From Malacoraja senta (Eukaryota): a DNA stretch of 64,000 nucleotides. The notes beneath the pieces were generated by a model. The model was not told the DNA's origin. It saw only the letters and a program-made list of their open reading frames with translations, and searched no databases. Of the stretch, positions 12,101 to 25,454 are shown piece by piece (the first letter of the stretch is position 1; each line of letters opens with the position of its first letter). Position numbers and translations under genes: made by a program. The stretch lies in contig CM075997.1 in NCBI GenBank assembly GCA_038087875.1, forward strand, positions 5,582,001 to 5,646,000, in the 5' to 3' direction.

Positions 12101-12660
12101 TTTTTAGGGTTTTGTTATAGTAAAAGAGGACAGGGAGATGTTCATATTCCTAGATACAGAGGAAATGTGATGTATTAATGGGAAATGAATGATGGTCAAA
12201 GTTTAAGAGGAGTGACGTTGTGGTTTAGATACCACGGGTTCAGTGGGTGCTGATTAGAAACATAGAAACAAAGAAAATAGGTGCAGGAGTTGGCCACGGC
12301 TCTTCGAGCTAGCACCACCATTCAATATGATCATGGCTGCTCATCCAAAATCAGTACCCCGTTCCTGCTTTCGCCCCATATCCCTTGATTCAGTTAGTCC
12401 CAAGAGTTACAGTATATCTAACTCTCCCTTGAAAACATCCAGTGAATTGGGCTTCACAGAGAATTCCACAGATTCACAACTCCCTGGGTGAAAAAGGTTT
12501 TTCCACATCTCAGTCCTAAATGGCCTACCCCTTATTCTTAAACTGTGAACCCTGGTTCTGGACTCCCCCAACATCGGGAACATTTTTTTGCTGTATCTAG
12601 CCTGTCCAATCAGGAAAAATGTTCCCGACAGTTCAATGGAACTGAGATTGCTGTTGGGAT

Positions 12661-15600
12661 TAGAAACATAGAAACATAGAAAATAGGTGCAGGAGTAGGC
12701 CATTCGGCCCTTCGAGCCTGCACCGCCATTCAATATGATCATGGCTGATCATCCAACTCAGTATCCTGTACCTGCCTTCTCTCCATACAGCCTGATACCT
12801 TTAGCCACAAGGGCCACATCTAACTCCCTCTTAAATATAGCCAATGAACTGGCCTCAACTACCTTCTGTGGCAGAGAATTCCAGAGATTCTCTGTGTGAA
12901 AAATGTTTTTCTCATCTCGGTCCTAAAAGATTTCCCCCTTATCCTTATCCCCCTTGTTCTGGACTTCCCCAACATCGGGAACAATCTTCCTGCATCTAGC
13001 CTGTCCAACCCCTTAAGAATTTTGTAAGTTTCTATAACATCACCCCTCAATCTTCTAAATTCTAGCGAGTACAAGCCAAGTCTATCCAGTCTTTCTTCAT
13101 ATGAAAGTCCTGACATCCCAGGAATCAGTCTGGTGAACCTTCTCTGTACTCCCTCTCTGGCAAGAATGTCTTTCCTCAGATTAGGAGACCAAAACTGTAA
13201 GCAATACTCCAGGTATGGTCTCACCAAGACCCTGTACAACTGCAGTAGAACCTCCCTGCTCCGATACTCAAATCCTTTTGCTATGAATGCTAACATACCC
13301 TTCGCTTTCTTCGCTGCCTGCTGCACCTGCATGCCTACTTTCAATGACTGGTGTACCATGACACCCAGGTCTCGTTGCATCTCCCCTTTTCCTAATCGGC
13401 CACCATTCAGATAATAGCCTACTTTCCTGTTTTTGCCACCAAAGTGGATAACCTCACATTCATCCACATTATACTGCATCTGCCATGCATTTGCCCACTC
13501 ACCCAGCCTATCCAAGTCACCTTGCAGCCACCAAGCATCCTCCTCACAGCTAACACTGCCCCCCAGCTTCGTGTCATCCGCAAACTTGGAGATGTTGCAT
13601 TCAATTCCCTCGTCCAAATCATTAATATATATAGTAAATAGCTGGGGTCCCAGCACTGAGCCTTGCGGTACCCCACTAGTCACTGTCTGCCATTCTGAAA
13701 AGGACCCGTTTACTCCTACTCTTTGCTTCCTGTCTGCCAGCCAGTTCTCTATCCACATCAATACTGAACCCCCAATACCATGTGCTTTAATAATAATAAT
13801 AATAATACATTTATTTTGTATAGCGCTTTTCAAGGACTCAAAGTCGCTTTACATGGAGAGTCAAAAACAAAACAAAATAGAGCAGTAAGACAGAGATGCA
13901 AAGGGGAGGGGGACATGGGACTAAGGGTATGCAGAGGTGAAGAGATGGGTCTTGAGGCGGGACTGGAGGATGGTGAGGGACTCAGAATTTCGGATCAATT
14001 GTGGGAGGGAGTTCCAGAGCCTGGGAGCTGCCCTGGAGAAGGCTCTGTCTCCAAAAGTGCAGAGGTTGGATTTTGCAATGGAGAGGAGACCGGCTGATGT
14101 GGATCTGAGGGACCATGAGGGTTGGTAGGGGGAGAGGAGGTCAGTGAGATAAGGGGGTGCCAAGTGGTTGAGGGCTTTGTAGGTGAGGACCAGGATTTTG
14201 TAGGTGATCCGGTGGGAAATGGGAAGCCAGTGAAGTTCTTTGAGAACTGGGGTGATGTGGTGCCAGGATTTGGTGTGGGTGATGAGTCGGGTGGCTGCAT
14301 TCTGGACCAGTTGGAGTCGGTTGATGTTGCTGGAATTAATGCCAAAGAGAAGAGAGTTACAGTAGTCCAGTCGGGAGGAGATGAAGGCATGGGTGAGTCT
14401 TTCAGCAGCGGGGGGTGTGAGAGAGGGTCTGATTTTGGCAATGTTGCGGAGGTGAAAAAATGATGTTTTGACAACATGGCGGATGTGAGGCTCAAGGGAG
14501 AGGGTTGAGTCAAAGATCACGCCAAGGTTGCGGGCCTGAGGAGATGGGGAGACAGTGGTGCCGTCAATAGTGAGAGTGGGGTTGTTAATTTTGGTAAGTG
14601 TTGATTTGGAGCCAATGAGGAGAAATTCTGTTTTGTTACTGTTTAATTTAAGGAAGTTGAGTTGCATCCAAGATTTGATGGCTGACAGGCAGGAGTTGAT
14701 ATGGGAGAGAGGGGGGTGGTGGGGGGATTTGGTGCTGAGATAGATCTGGGTGTCATCAGCATAGCAATGGAAGTCCAGGTTGAAGTGACGGAGTATATGA
14801 CCAAGGGTGAGGATGTAGATGATGAAGAGGAGGGGACTAATCTCTTATGTGGGACCTTGTCGAAAGCGTTCTGAAAGTCCAGATATAACACATCCACTGG
14901 TTCTCCCTTATCCACTCTACGTTACATCCTCGAAAAATTCTATAAGATTCGTCAGCCATGATTTACCTTTCATAAATCCATGCTGACTTTGTCCAATGAT
15001 TTCACCACTTTCCAAATGTGCTGCTATCCCATCTTTAATAACTGACTCTAGAAGTTTCCCCACTACCGATGTTAGACTAACTGGTCTGTAATTCCCCGTT
15101 TTCCCTCTCCCTCCCTTTTTAAAAAGTGGGGTTACATTAGCTACCCTCCAATCCTCAGGAACTACTCCAGAATCTAAAGGGTTTTGAAAAATTATCACTA
15201 ATGCATCCACTATTTCTGGGGCTACTTCCTTAAGTACTCTGGGATGCAGCCTATCTGGCCCTGGGGATTTATCGGCCTTTAATCCATTCAATTTACCTAA
15301 CACCACTTCCCGGCTAACCTGGATTTCACTCAGTTCCTCCATCTCATTTGACCCCCGGTTCCCTGCTATTTCCGGCAGATTATTTATGTCTTCCTTAGTG
15401 AAGACAGAACCAAAGTAGTTATTCAATTGGTCTGCCATGTCCTTGTTCCCCATGATCAATTCACCTGTTTCTGACTGCAAGGGACCTACATTTGTTTTAC
15501 CTAATCTTTTTCTCTTCACATATCTATAAAAACTTTTGCAGTCAGTTTTTATGTTCCCTGCCAGTTCTCTTTCATAATCTATTTTCCCTTTCCTAATTAA

Positions 15601-17507
15601 GCCCTTTGTCCTTCTCTGCTGAACTCTGAATTTCTCCCAGTCCTCTGGTAGGCTCTTTTTTCTGGCTAATTTGTATGCTTCATCTTTTGTTTTGATACTA
15701 TCCCTGATTTCCCTTGTTATCCACGGATGCACTACCTTCCCTGATTTATTCTTTTGCCAAACTGGGATGAACAATTGTTGTAGTTCATCCATGCAGCCTT
15801 TAAATGCCTTCCATTGCATATCCACCGTCAACCCTTTAAGAATCAATTGCCAGTCTATCTTGGCCAATTCACGTCTCATAACCTCAACGTTACCTTTCTT
15901 TAAGTTCAGAACCCTTGTTTCTGAATTAATTATGTCACTCTCCATCCTAATGAAGAACTCAACCATATTATGGTCACTGTTGCCCAAGGGGCCACGCACA
16001 ACAAGACTGCTAACTAACCCTTCCTCATTACTCAATACCCAGTCTAGAATAGCCTGCTCTCTCGTTGGTTCCTCTACATGGTGGTTTAGAAAACAATCCC
16101 GCATACATTCCAAGAAATCCTCTTCCTCAGCATCCCTGCCAATTTGATTCACCCAATCTATATGTAGATTGAATTAACCCATTATAACTGTTTTACCTTT
16201 GTTGCACTCATTTCTAATTTCCTGTTTGATGCCATCCCCAACTACACTACTACTGTTAGGTGGCCTGTACACAACTCCCACTAGCGTCTTCTGCCCCTTA
16301 GTGTTTCGCAGCTCTACCCATATCGATTCCACATCCTCCAAGCTAATGTCCTTCCTTTCTATTGCGTTAATCTCCTCTCTAACCAGCAACGCTGCCCCAC
16401 CTCCTTTTCCTTTCTGTCTATCCCTCCTGAATATTGAATATCCCTGGATGTTCAGCTCCCAGCCTTGGTCACCCTGGAGCCATGTCTCCGTGATCCCAAC
16501 TATATCATAGTCATTAATAGCTATCTGCACATTCAACTCATCCACCTTATTATGAATGCTCCTTGCATTGAGACACAAAGCCTTCAGGCTTGTTTTTACA
16601 ACACACTTACCCCTTATACAATTATGTTGAAAAGTGGCTCTTTTTGATTTTTGCCCTGGATTTGTCTGCCTGCCACTTTTACCTTTCACCTTGCTACCTA
16701 TTGCTTCTACCCTCATTTTACACCTCTCTCTGCTCACACATTTAAGAAACCCTTTCCCTTTAACTCCATCCTCGACTATCCCATTTGACACCCCGCCCCC
16801 CTTAATCAGTTTAAAACCACCCGTGTAGCAGTGGCAAACCTGCCTGCCAGAATGCTGGTCCCCCACCTGTTAAGATGCTATCCGCCCCTTTTGTACAGTT
16901 CCCCCTTACTCCAAAACAGATCCCAGTAGTCTAAGAATCTAAATCCCTGCCCCGTGCACCAGTTCCTCAGCCACCTATTCAGATCCCGTATCTCCCTGTT
17001 CCTGCTCTCGCCAGCACGAGGAACTGGAAGCAAACCGGAGATAACAACCCTGGAGGTCCTGCTTTTCAGCATTTTTCCGAGCTCTCTAAAGTTCCGCTGC
17101 AGAATATTCATTCCCTTCTTTCCGACCGTTTGTGCCGACATGCACTACCACTTCTGGCTGTTCACATTCGCCCTTGAGGATTTTCTGCAGTCTGTCTGTG
17201 ACATCCTGGATCCTAGCACCAGGAAGGCAGCACACCATCCTCGAATCCCGTCTGTTGCCGCAGAAACCCCTGTCCGTACCTCTCACAATGGAGTCTCCAA
17301 CTACAATGGCGTTGCCTGACATTGGCCTCTTTGGTTTTGGCTCCACAGCCCTTTTTGCTTCGTAAGCCAGTCTGCCGCTCAGTGTGATAACGTCTTCTGT
17401 CCCGACAGCTTCTAAGTGGGTGAACCTGTTCACAAGAGGTACAACACCCGGGGACCTTTGCATTCCATGTTTCCCCCCCTTTCTCACCGTCACCCACCTT
17501 CTCGCTG
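12661..17507 (-). mobile_element. Near full-length CR1 LINE (ORF1 SGNH esterase plus ORF2 APE-RT), interrupted by an L2
   Basis: ORF1 has VVGDSIVRG, CLPGA and VVHVGTN (17086..17673). APE at 16174..16866, central ORF2 at 14917..16152, RT at 12859..13790. (TTTCTATG)n tail. Several frameshifts. Confidence 0.96.
13791..14835 (-). mobile_element. L2 (LINE2) 5'-truncated insertion
   Basis: ORF 13921..14667 with LKLNSNKTE, LDYCNSLL and GDRAFSRAAPRLWNSLP. 3' TGTAAAGCG...GCGCTATA and (ATT)n tail. Confidence 0.93.
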
Positions 17508-18159
17508 GGTTGCTGGGATGAGCTGGGGAAATGGTGGAGATTGTGTATATCTTGGTGCGGTCCCAAAAACAGCAAGCACTGTGACAATAGACAATAGTCA
17601 ATAGGTGCAGGAGTGGGCCAATCGGCCCTTCGAGCCAGATCACTATCCATTCAATGTGATCATAGCAGATCATCCACGCTTAGTACCCCGTTCCTGCCTT
17701 CTCCCCACATGCCCTGACTCCGCTATCTTTAAGAGCTCCATCCAACTCTCTCTTGAAAGCATACAGTGAATTGGCCTCCACCGCCCTCTGAGGCAGAGAA
17801 TTCCACAGACTCACATCTCTCTGGGTGAAAAAGTTTTTCCTCATCCATGGGAAGAAGGTACAAACTCAGTAGAGATAGCATCTGTAATCGGGATCGAACC
17901 TGGGTCTCTAGTGCTGCAAGCGCTGTGAGGCAGCAACTCTACAGCTGCGCCACCGTGCGTCCTATCGTGGAAGCAAGTCCTCGGTAAGTGTGAGGGATTC
18001 CCCTATTTCATGGTAGTTGTCGAGAACTTTTGAAGTTTCTCTCATTTTTCTAAAGTCTAGAGATTCTCCTGAATCTTCACAGCACCTTCCCTCGACTCAT
18101 GCCCACTCCCCTCCCGTTCTCCCCCCATGCCCCACCTATGACGTCTTCTCCTGGACCAC

Positions 18160-18750
18160 CCATAGTGAAGCAAAGTCTCTACTTCCTTAGAAGGCTTAGG
18201 AAGTTTGGAATGTCCCCAACAACTCTCTCCAACGTCTGCGGATGCACTGTAGAACACATTTTATCGGGATGCATCACAGCTCGGTTTGGGAACAGCTATA
18301 TCCAAGACCGCAAAAAATTGCAGCGAATTGTGGACGCAGCCCAGACCATCACACAAACGAACCTCATGCTGGCAGCAGCATAATCAAGGACAAGTCGCAC
18401 CCTGGTCACTCCCTCTTCTCTCCTCTCCCATCGGTCAAAAACTGTAAGAGTGTGAAAACGCACACCTCCAGATTTAGGGACAGTTTCTTCCCAGCTGTTC
18501 GCAGGCAACTGAACCATCCTACCACAACCAGAGAGCAGTGCTGAACTACTAACTATCTCATCGGGGACCATGGGACTATCTTTGATCAGACTTTGCTGGC
18601 TTTACCTTGCACTAAACATTATTCCCTTATCATGTATCCACACACTGTGGACGGCTCGATTGTAATCATGTTTTGTATTTCCGCTGACAGGTTAGCACGC
18701 AACAAAAGCTTTTCACCGTACCTTGGTACACGTGACAATAAACTAAACTG
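18160..18750 (+). mobile_element. Rex1/Babar 3' fragment
   Basis: [26 protein letters not shown] and RFRDSFFP motifs. Ends in GTGACAATAAACTAAACT. Confidence 0.85.
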
Positions 18751-20100
18751 CAGTGCATGTTTTGTGATGGTTCAGTACAGCCTACTTGCACCCCAAAATT
18801 GAACGCATCATTATTTTGTTTTCCAGCCAAGGATGTTTATTAATTGTGTATGTTTATTAATTATGCTTTTCAACATCTTTACATCTGCAAAGAAAGCATT
18901 GGTCAAGTGTGTCATTTTTCTTTGGTCAGGAGACCAAAACTGCAGACAATCCCAGGTACAGTCACCCCAAGGCTCCACAGAATGGGCGTAAGATATTCAC
19001 ACTTCTTTATTAAAATCTCCTTGAAATAAAGACTAATATAGAGATGAGTGAGGCATATTTATTTGCACAGAGGGTGGTGGGTGTCTGGAACACGCTGCCA
19101 GGGGTGGTGGTGGAGGCAGGTACAATAGTGATGTATAAGAGGCTTTCAGGTAGGCACATGGATATGCGGGGTATAGATCATATACAGGCAGAGATTAGAA
19201 TATCTGAATTAGAATCTAATTGGAATTAGAATCTGGAGGCTAGAAACTTGGAATCTCGCTTAGCACGGACATTGTGGGCTGAAGGGCCTTTTCCTGTGCT
19301 GTACTGTATTGTTTTGTGTCCTAAAATACCAATTAACCCCAAATTGCTTGCATCACCAGCATGCTGATCTTCAGTGATTTGAGTGCAGTTGTACCATGAT
19401 TCCTGTGAACATCAGCACCACCCAACATCCCACCGTCAAACCACTCTTCTGTGCAGTGCTGTACCACAGCGAATTACATCATCTTATTTCCAAGGTAGAC
19501 AAAAATGCTGGAGAAACTCAGCGGGTGTGGCAGCATCTATGGAGCGAAGGAAATAGGCAACATTTCGGGTCGAGACCTTTCTTCAGACTCCATAGATGCT
19601 GCCAGCAATTTTGTCTACCTTCGATTTTCCAGCATCTGCAGTTCCTTCTTAAACATCATGTTATTTCCACTTTATGTTCCATCAATTTAGTTTATTGAGG
19701 TACATTGAAAAGCTTTTGTTGCGTGCTATTCAGTCAGCGGAAAGACAATATATGATTACAATCGAGCCATTTATAGTTTAGTGCAAGGTAAAGTCCGATC
19801 AAGGATAGTGCATGGGTCACCGATGAGGTAGATAGTAGTTCAGCACTGCTCTCTGGTTGTGGTAGGATGATTCAGTTGCCTGATAACAGCTGGGTCTGGA
19901 GGTGTGCGTTTTCACACTTCTGTACCTCTTGCCTCTCCCGTCAGGCAAAAACTATGAAGTGCGAATACGTACAACTGCAGATTCAGGGACAGTTTCTTCC
20001 CAGCTGCCATGGTCTTGCCCACTCATTCAACCAGCCCATATCCCCCTTGATGTCTCCTTGCATCCACCTCCATTCTTACAATCCCACAATGGGAAATTAT

Positions 20101-20490
20101 GTTTTTTTATTTATTTATTTGTATATATATATATATATATTTTTTACCCATACAAAATGCTTTTATTCAGAACAAACACAAATACAAAGTAGTAACACAA
20201 TCCAAGAATGCCTATATTGGCATTTTACAAACAAAGTAATCAAATTAAGATATTAACATTTTTATCAACAATACATTCGACCTCCCATGGTGACCAGCGT
20301 TCACAGAAGGCCTCCAGAGTCCCCGTGGACATCGCGTGTTCCCTCTCCAGGGACACGCGGGCACGGACGTAACCCCGGAAAAGGGGCAGGCAGCCGATCG
20401 CTGTGAGGCCGTTGACCACACGGTGCCTGGACCCGCGAATGGCCATCTTGGCCAGGCCCAGGAGCAGACCGACAGGGAGACCCCCTCCTT
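20101..20490 (-). mobile_element. L1/Tx1-clade LINE 3' fragment
   Basis: Peptide LLLGLAKMAIRGSR...LFRGYVRARVSLE resembles the Tx1-type ORF2 C-terminus. A-rich 3' end. Confidence 0.65.
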
Positions 20491-21816
20491 GGGATATCAT
20501 GTTGGGGTAATGATTTTGGATGATCAGCCATGATCATATTGAAGGGCGGTGCTGGCTCGAAGGGCCGAATGGCCTACTCCTGCACCTATTGTCTATGTTT
20601 TGCAGCAAACCTGAACCAGGCAGCTGATCTCCCAAGTGAAATCATTGAAATAGTTTGGGAAATCTGGGGCTGAATGTCAATCCCTCCAGTAGCCCCAGTA
20701 GTCAACGCCTGCTGGCCAGAAAGAGGTTTGAAGGGATATGAGCCAAACATGGGCAAATGGGACTAGCGTAGATGGGGCATCTTGGTTTCCATGGATAAGC
20801 TGGGCCAAAGGGACTGTTTCCATAACTCTTATGAATGTATGACTCTTCCTCTGTCTTCATTTGATGATCAGCCATGATCACATTGAATGGCGGTGCTGGC
20901 TCGAAGGGCCGAATGGCCTACTCCTGCACCTATTTATTGTCTATTCATTTATTCCCATCGCTTTCCACTGGTGGCCAATTCCCAGTGCATGTCTGTAGCG
21001 AACCCCAAATTCCAGGTGCGCTAACCTTGTTTAGTTTGGTTTAGTGAAACAGCGTGGAAACAGACCCTTCTGCCCACCGAAGCCGCGTTGACCAGCGATC
21101 CCCGCACACTTGCACGATCCTACACACACTAGGGACAATTCACAACAAAAGCTTTTCACTGTACCTCGGTACACGTGACAATAAACTAAACTGATCCAAA
21201 CTAAACCCTAGATGGTTAAGCTGCCAGTCCCATCCCTCTCTTAGCCAGGTTTCCATTGTGACTATAAATCCCAGTCGCACTGAGTTAATTCACCTTACCT
21301 GTCAGGCCTCTCGCATTGAAATGAATGCAGCTTAATCCAACAGTTTTTCCTTGCTTCTTGCCGTGCTCCTGCCTCTCCTGTCTGTTCAACTTGCTGTCAT
21401 TGTCTTTTGTTGCGTGCTAACCAGTCAGCGGAAAGACAATACATGATTACAATCGAGCCGTCCACAGTGTACAGATACATGATAAAGGGAATAACATGGA
21501 TAAATAAAGTTTATTGCAAGATAGTCCAGTAAAGTCTGATCAAAGATAGTCCGGGAGTCCCCAATGAGGTTGATGGGAGGTCAGGACAGTTGTTGGTTGG
21601 ATGATTCAGTTGCCTGATAACAGCTGGGAAGAAACTGTCCCTGAATCTGGAGGTGTGCGTTTTCACACTTCTATCATTTTGCCTGGTGGGAGATGGTATA
21701 GTTGAGTGATGGAATAGACTATACGGGCCGAATGGCCTAATTATAGCTGAGTGATGGAGTAGACTGGTGGTTACAGGCGAGAGAGGTGGGGGCAAGAGAG
21801 GAGCGGGCGTTTGTTA

Positions 21817-22024
21817 AGGGCCTGTCCCACGGGCATGCGACTCCATGCGGCAAGCGCGACCTAACCGGAAGCGGGGGCCTGTTCAAAAAGTCCGCACGGC
21901 AACGGCCTGCCGCCCCGCAGCCGCCTCGAGGCTGTGCGCACCGCCTCGACGTCACTCGACCTCCGCGCGGCCCCCGCTTCCGGTTTGGTAGTGCTTGCCG
22001 CATGGAGCCGCATGCTGGTGGGAC
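21817..22024. mobile_element. CpG-rich MITE, Harbinger-like; right TIR truncated
   Basis: TTA then AGGGCCTGTCCCAC. Inverted arms (CCGGAAGCGGGGGCC / GGCCCCCGCTTCCGG) ending GTGGGAC. Confidence 0.75.
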
Positions 22025-22529
22025 CGTTGGGACAATGTTGGAGTTGACTAATAAGGCTGGGATGATCACATTTGTACTGTAAGTACTATGGGATTTCATG
22101 ATAGGCCCACAAATGAGCGGGAATTAGAGAAACGAATATGCCGGGAGATTACAGGCAGCTGTAAGATAAATAGGGATGTCACAGTAGCGGATTCTAACTT
22201 TCCTGATATAGACTGAGACAGCCACTGTGCCAAGAGCTAAGATGGGGTGGAATTTTTCCAATGTGTTCAGGAACGTTTCCTCAGGCAATCAGTGGGTGCC
22301 AATGAACCAAGAAACTGCAGATGCTGGTTTACAAACTAAGACATGAAGTGCTGGAGTAACTCAGCGGGTCAGGCAGAATTATCTGGTGAACATGGATAGA
22401 TGACATTTGGGGTCGGGACCCTTGTTCAGACTGAAGGTCTCGACCTGAAACGTCACCCATTCCATCTCTCCAGAGATGCTGCCTGTCCCGCTGAGTTACT
22501 CCAGCTTTTTCTGTGTATCATGGCAAGTG

Positions 22530-22945
22530 ATAGGCAGCTGGTTGGACAAAGGCCAGAGATGAAAAGACAAAAGGTGTGAGAAGATGGTTGAAGAGTTGCG
22601 AATTGTGAAACCAGAGGAAGGAATGTAGGTGGAAGGGGAGGGCGAGGGGAGAAATGGGTGCGAGTCTAGGTGGGGCACACGGAACAGGGGAGGGGGGAGA
22701 GGTTTTTGTTAGTTACCTGAAATTGGAGAAGTCGATGTTCATACCGCTGGGGTGTAAACTACCCAAGTGGAATATGAGGAGCTGTTCCTCCAGTTTGCGT
22801 GTGGTCTCACTCTGCCAATGGAGGAGGCCCAGGACAGAAAGGTCAGTGCGGGAATGGGAGGGGGAGTTAAAATGGTTAGCAAACGGGAGATCCCCTCGAC
22901 CTTGGTGGACCGAGCGCAAGTGTTCGGCGAAGCGGTCGCTGAGTT
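22530..22945 (-). mobile_element. Penelope GIY-YIG C-terminal fragment plus 3' UTR
   Basis: DRFAEHLRSV...HFNSPSH...KLEEQLLIFHLGSLHPSGMN (ORF 22713..23003). Confidence 0.88.
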
Positions 22946-23202
22946 TATCAATCGATCGTAAGGAGACAAGGAGGGATACGCGCTGATGTTGACACCATGT
23001 CAAGAATCAAGAGTGTTTTATTGTCATATTACCCAGATAGAACAATGACATTCTCGCTTACAGCAGCACAACAGAATGTGTGAACACAGTACATATATTA
23101 AACGTGAGAACAAATAAAGTTCACTGTGTGTCTATATACACATGCTAACAAATACACATATATATATAATATAGTTCATATATATATATATATATATATA
23201 TA

Positions 23203-23744
23203 GCATTCAGAAAGTATTCAGACCCCCTTCACTTTTTCCACATTTTGTTACGTTACAGCCTTATTCTAAAATGGATTAAATTCATCTTTTTTCATCATCA
23301 ATCTACACACAATACCCCATAATAAAAAAGTGAAAATAGGTGTTTAGAAATTTTTGCAAAGTAATTAAAAAGCAATAACTGAAATATCACATTTACATAA
23401 GTATTCAGACCCATTGCTATGACACTCCAAATTGAGCTTAGGTGCATCCTGTTTCCATTGCTTATAACGTCATACCCAAGAAGACTTGAGGCTGTAATCG
23501 CTGCCAAAGGTGCCTCAACAAAGTACTGAGTAAAGGGTATGCATACTTACGTAAATGTGATATTTCAGTTATTTCTTTTTAATTCCATTGCAAAATTTTC
23601 TAAACCTGTTTTCGTTTTTTTATTATGGGGGATTGTGTGTAGATTGATGATAAAAAAACCCGAATTTAATCCATTTTAGAATAGGCTGTAACGTAACAAA
23701 ATGTGGAAAAAGTGAAGGGGTATGAATACTTTCTGAATGCACTG
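23203..23744 (+). mobile_element. Internally deleted Tc1-like (IR/DR-type) DNA transposon
   Basis: ~200-bp inverted arms; right end ...TGAATGCACTG|TA. 23461-23529 encodes the Tc1 transposase C-terminus LITSYPRRLEAVIAAKGASTKY*. Confidence 0.92.
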
Positions 23745-24544
23745 TATGTACACATACACACACGCACACATGCGTACACACAAAAAAAAAACATGTGCCA
23801 CACCATTTGCGCCTCCCCGGAGTATTAAACAGGTCACAATCAAACGCAGCAAGTTTTAGTGTAGTTTAGTTCCGAGATACAGCGCAGAAACAGGCCCTTT
23901 GGCCCACCGAGTCTGCACCAACCAGCGATCCCCACACATTAACACTATCCTACACACACTAGGGACAATTTACAATTTTACCAAGCCAATTAACCTGCAA
24001 ACCTGTCTGTCTTTGCTTTGTGGGAGGACGTACAAACTCCGTACAGGCAGCACCCGTAGTCGGGATCGAACCCTGGTCTCAGGGGCAGGACAAAGCCTGG
24101 CAAGTGTTCGGGTGTGTGGGAAGGAACTGCAGATGCTGGTTTAAATCAGAGATCGATACAAAATGCTGGAGTAATTCAGTGGGACAGGCAGCATCCCTGG
24201 AGAGAAGGAATGGGTGACATTTTGGGTCAAGTCCCTTCATCAGATTGAGAGTCAGGGGAGAGGGAGTCCAGATATATGGAAGGATAAGGTGTGAAAACAA
24301 CAGATCAAAGCAGCCGATGCTAAGGAAGTAGAATTGTTCATTGTTAGCTGAGGGGAAGGTGACAATGCGGTGTACGATCAGTCATTTTTAATCAGGACAG
24401 TAGAAATAGTCGGAGAACTAACAGATAGACTGAAGAATGCTGGAGTACCTCAGCGGGACAGGCAGCATCTCTGCAGAGAAGGAATGGGTGATGTTTCGAT
24501 TAAATTAAACAGAGCAGAATCCAAAATGCTGGCGTAACTCTAGT

Positions 24545-24866
24545 AATTTTAGTTTAGTTTAGAAATACAGCGCGGAAACAGGCCCTTTGGCCCACCGAGT
24601 CCACACCGACCGGCAATCCCTGCACACTAACACTATCCTACACACATGAGGAACAATTTACATTGTATACTAAGCCAATTAATGTACAAACCTGTACGTC
24701 TCTGGTGTGTGGGAGGAAACGGAAGATCCCGGAGAAAACCCACGCAGGTCACGGGGAGAACGTACAAACTCCGTATAGACAGCACCCGTAGTCGGGATCG
24801 AACCCGGGTCTCCGGCGCTGCATTCGCTGTGAGGTAGCAACCCTACCGCTTCACCACGGTGACCGC
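24545..24866 (-). mobile_element. HE1-like V-SINE, full length
   Basis: Same head, body and (CTAAA)n tail as the other copies. Confidence 0.85.
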
Positions 24867-24957
24867 CTTAGTTGAGATGGTCCTGTTATCACAAGAATGT
24901 GTTTCTCCTTTAATTCCAATTTATTTATCTTAGTTCACACGACAATGTCAATGATCT

Positions 24958-25370
24958 TAGATACATAGATACATAGAAATTAGGTGCAGGAGTAGGCCAT
25001 TCGGCCCTTCGAGCCTGCACCGCCATTCAATACGATCATGGCTGATCATCCAACTCAGTATCCCGTACCTGCCTTCTCTCCATACCCCCTGATCCCTTTA
25101 GCCACAAGGGCCACATCTAATTCCCTCTTAAATATAGCCAATGAACTGGCCTCAACTACCCTCTGTGGCAGAGAGTTCCAGAGATTCACCACTCTCTGTG
25201 TGAAAAAGTTTTTCCTCATCTCGGTCTTAAAGGATTTTCCCCTTATCCTTAAGCTGTGACCCCTTGTCCTGGACTTCCCCAACATCGGGAACAATCTTCC
25301 TGCATCTAGCCTGTCCAACCCCATAAGAATCTTGTACGTTTCTATAAGATCCCCTCTCAATCTCCTAAAT
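24958..25370 (-). mobile_element. Young CR1 3' fragment
   Basis: ORF 25055..25360. (TATCTATG)n tail. Nearly identical to 56187-56600. Confidence 0.92.
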
Positions 25371-25454
25371 CTTAAACCATATTCTTGTTCAAATCACATC
25401 TCACTTTTTTAATTGAAACAAGAGGCTGATTTAATATTGGTACTTCCCGCTACA

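Noticed and set aside
21205..21395. Minus-strand exon with CAG|GTAAG donor
   Set aside because: It translates to a degenerate CR1 APE N-terminus (FNARGLTGK...ETWLREG).
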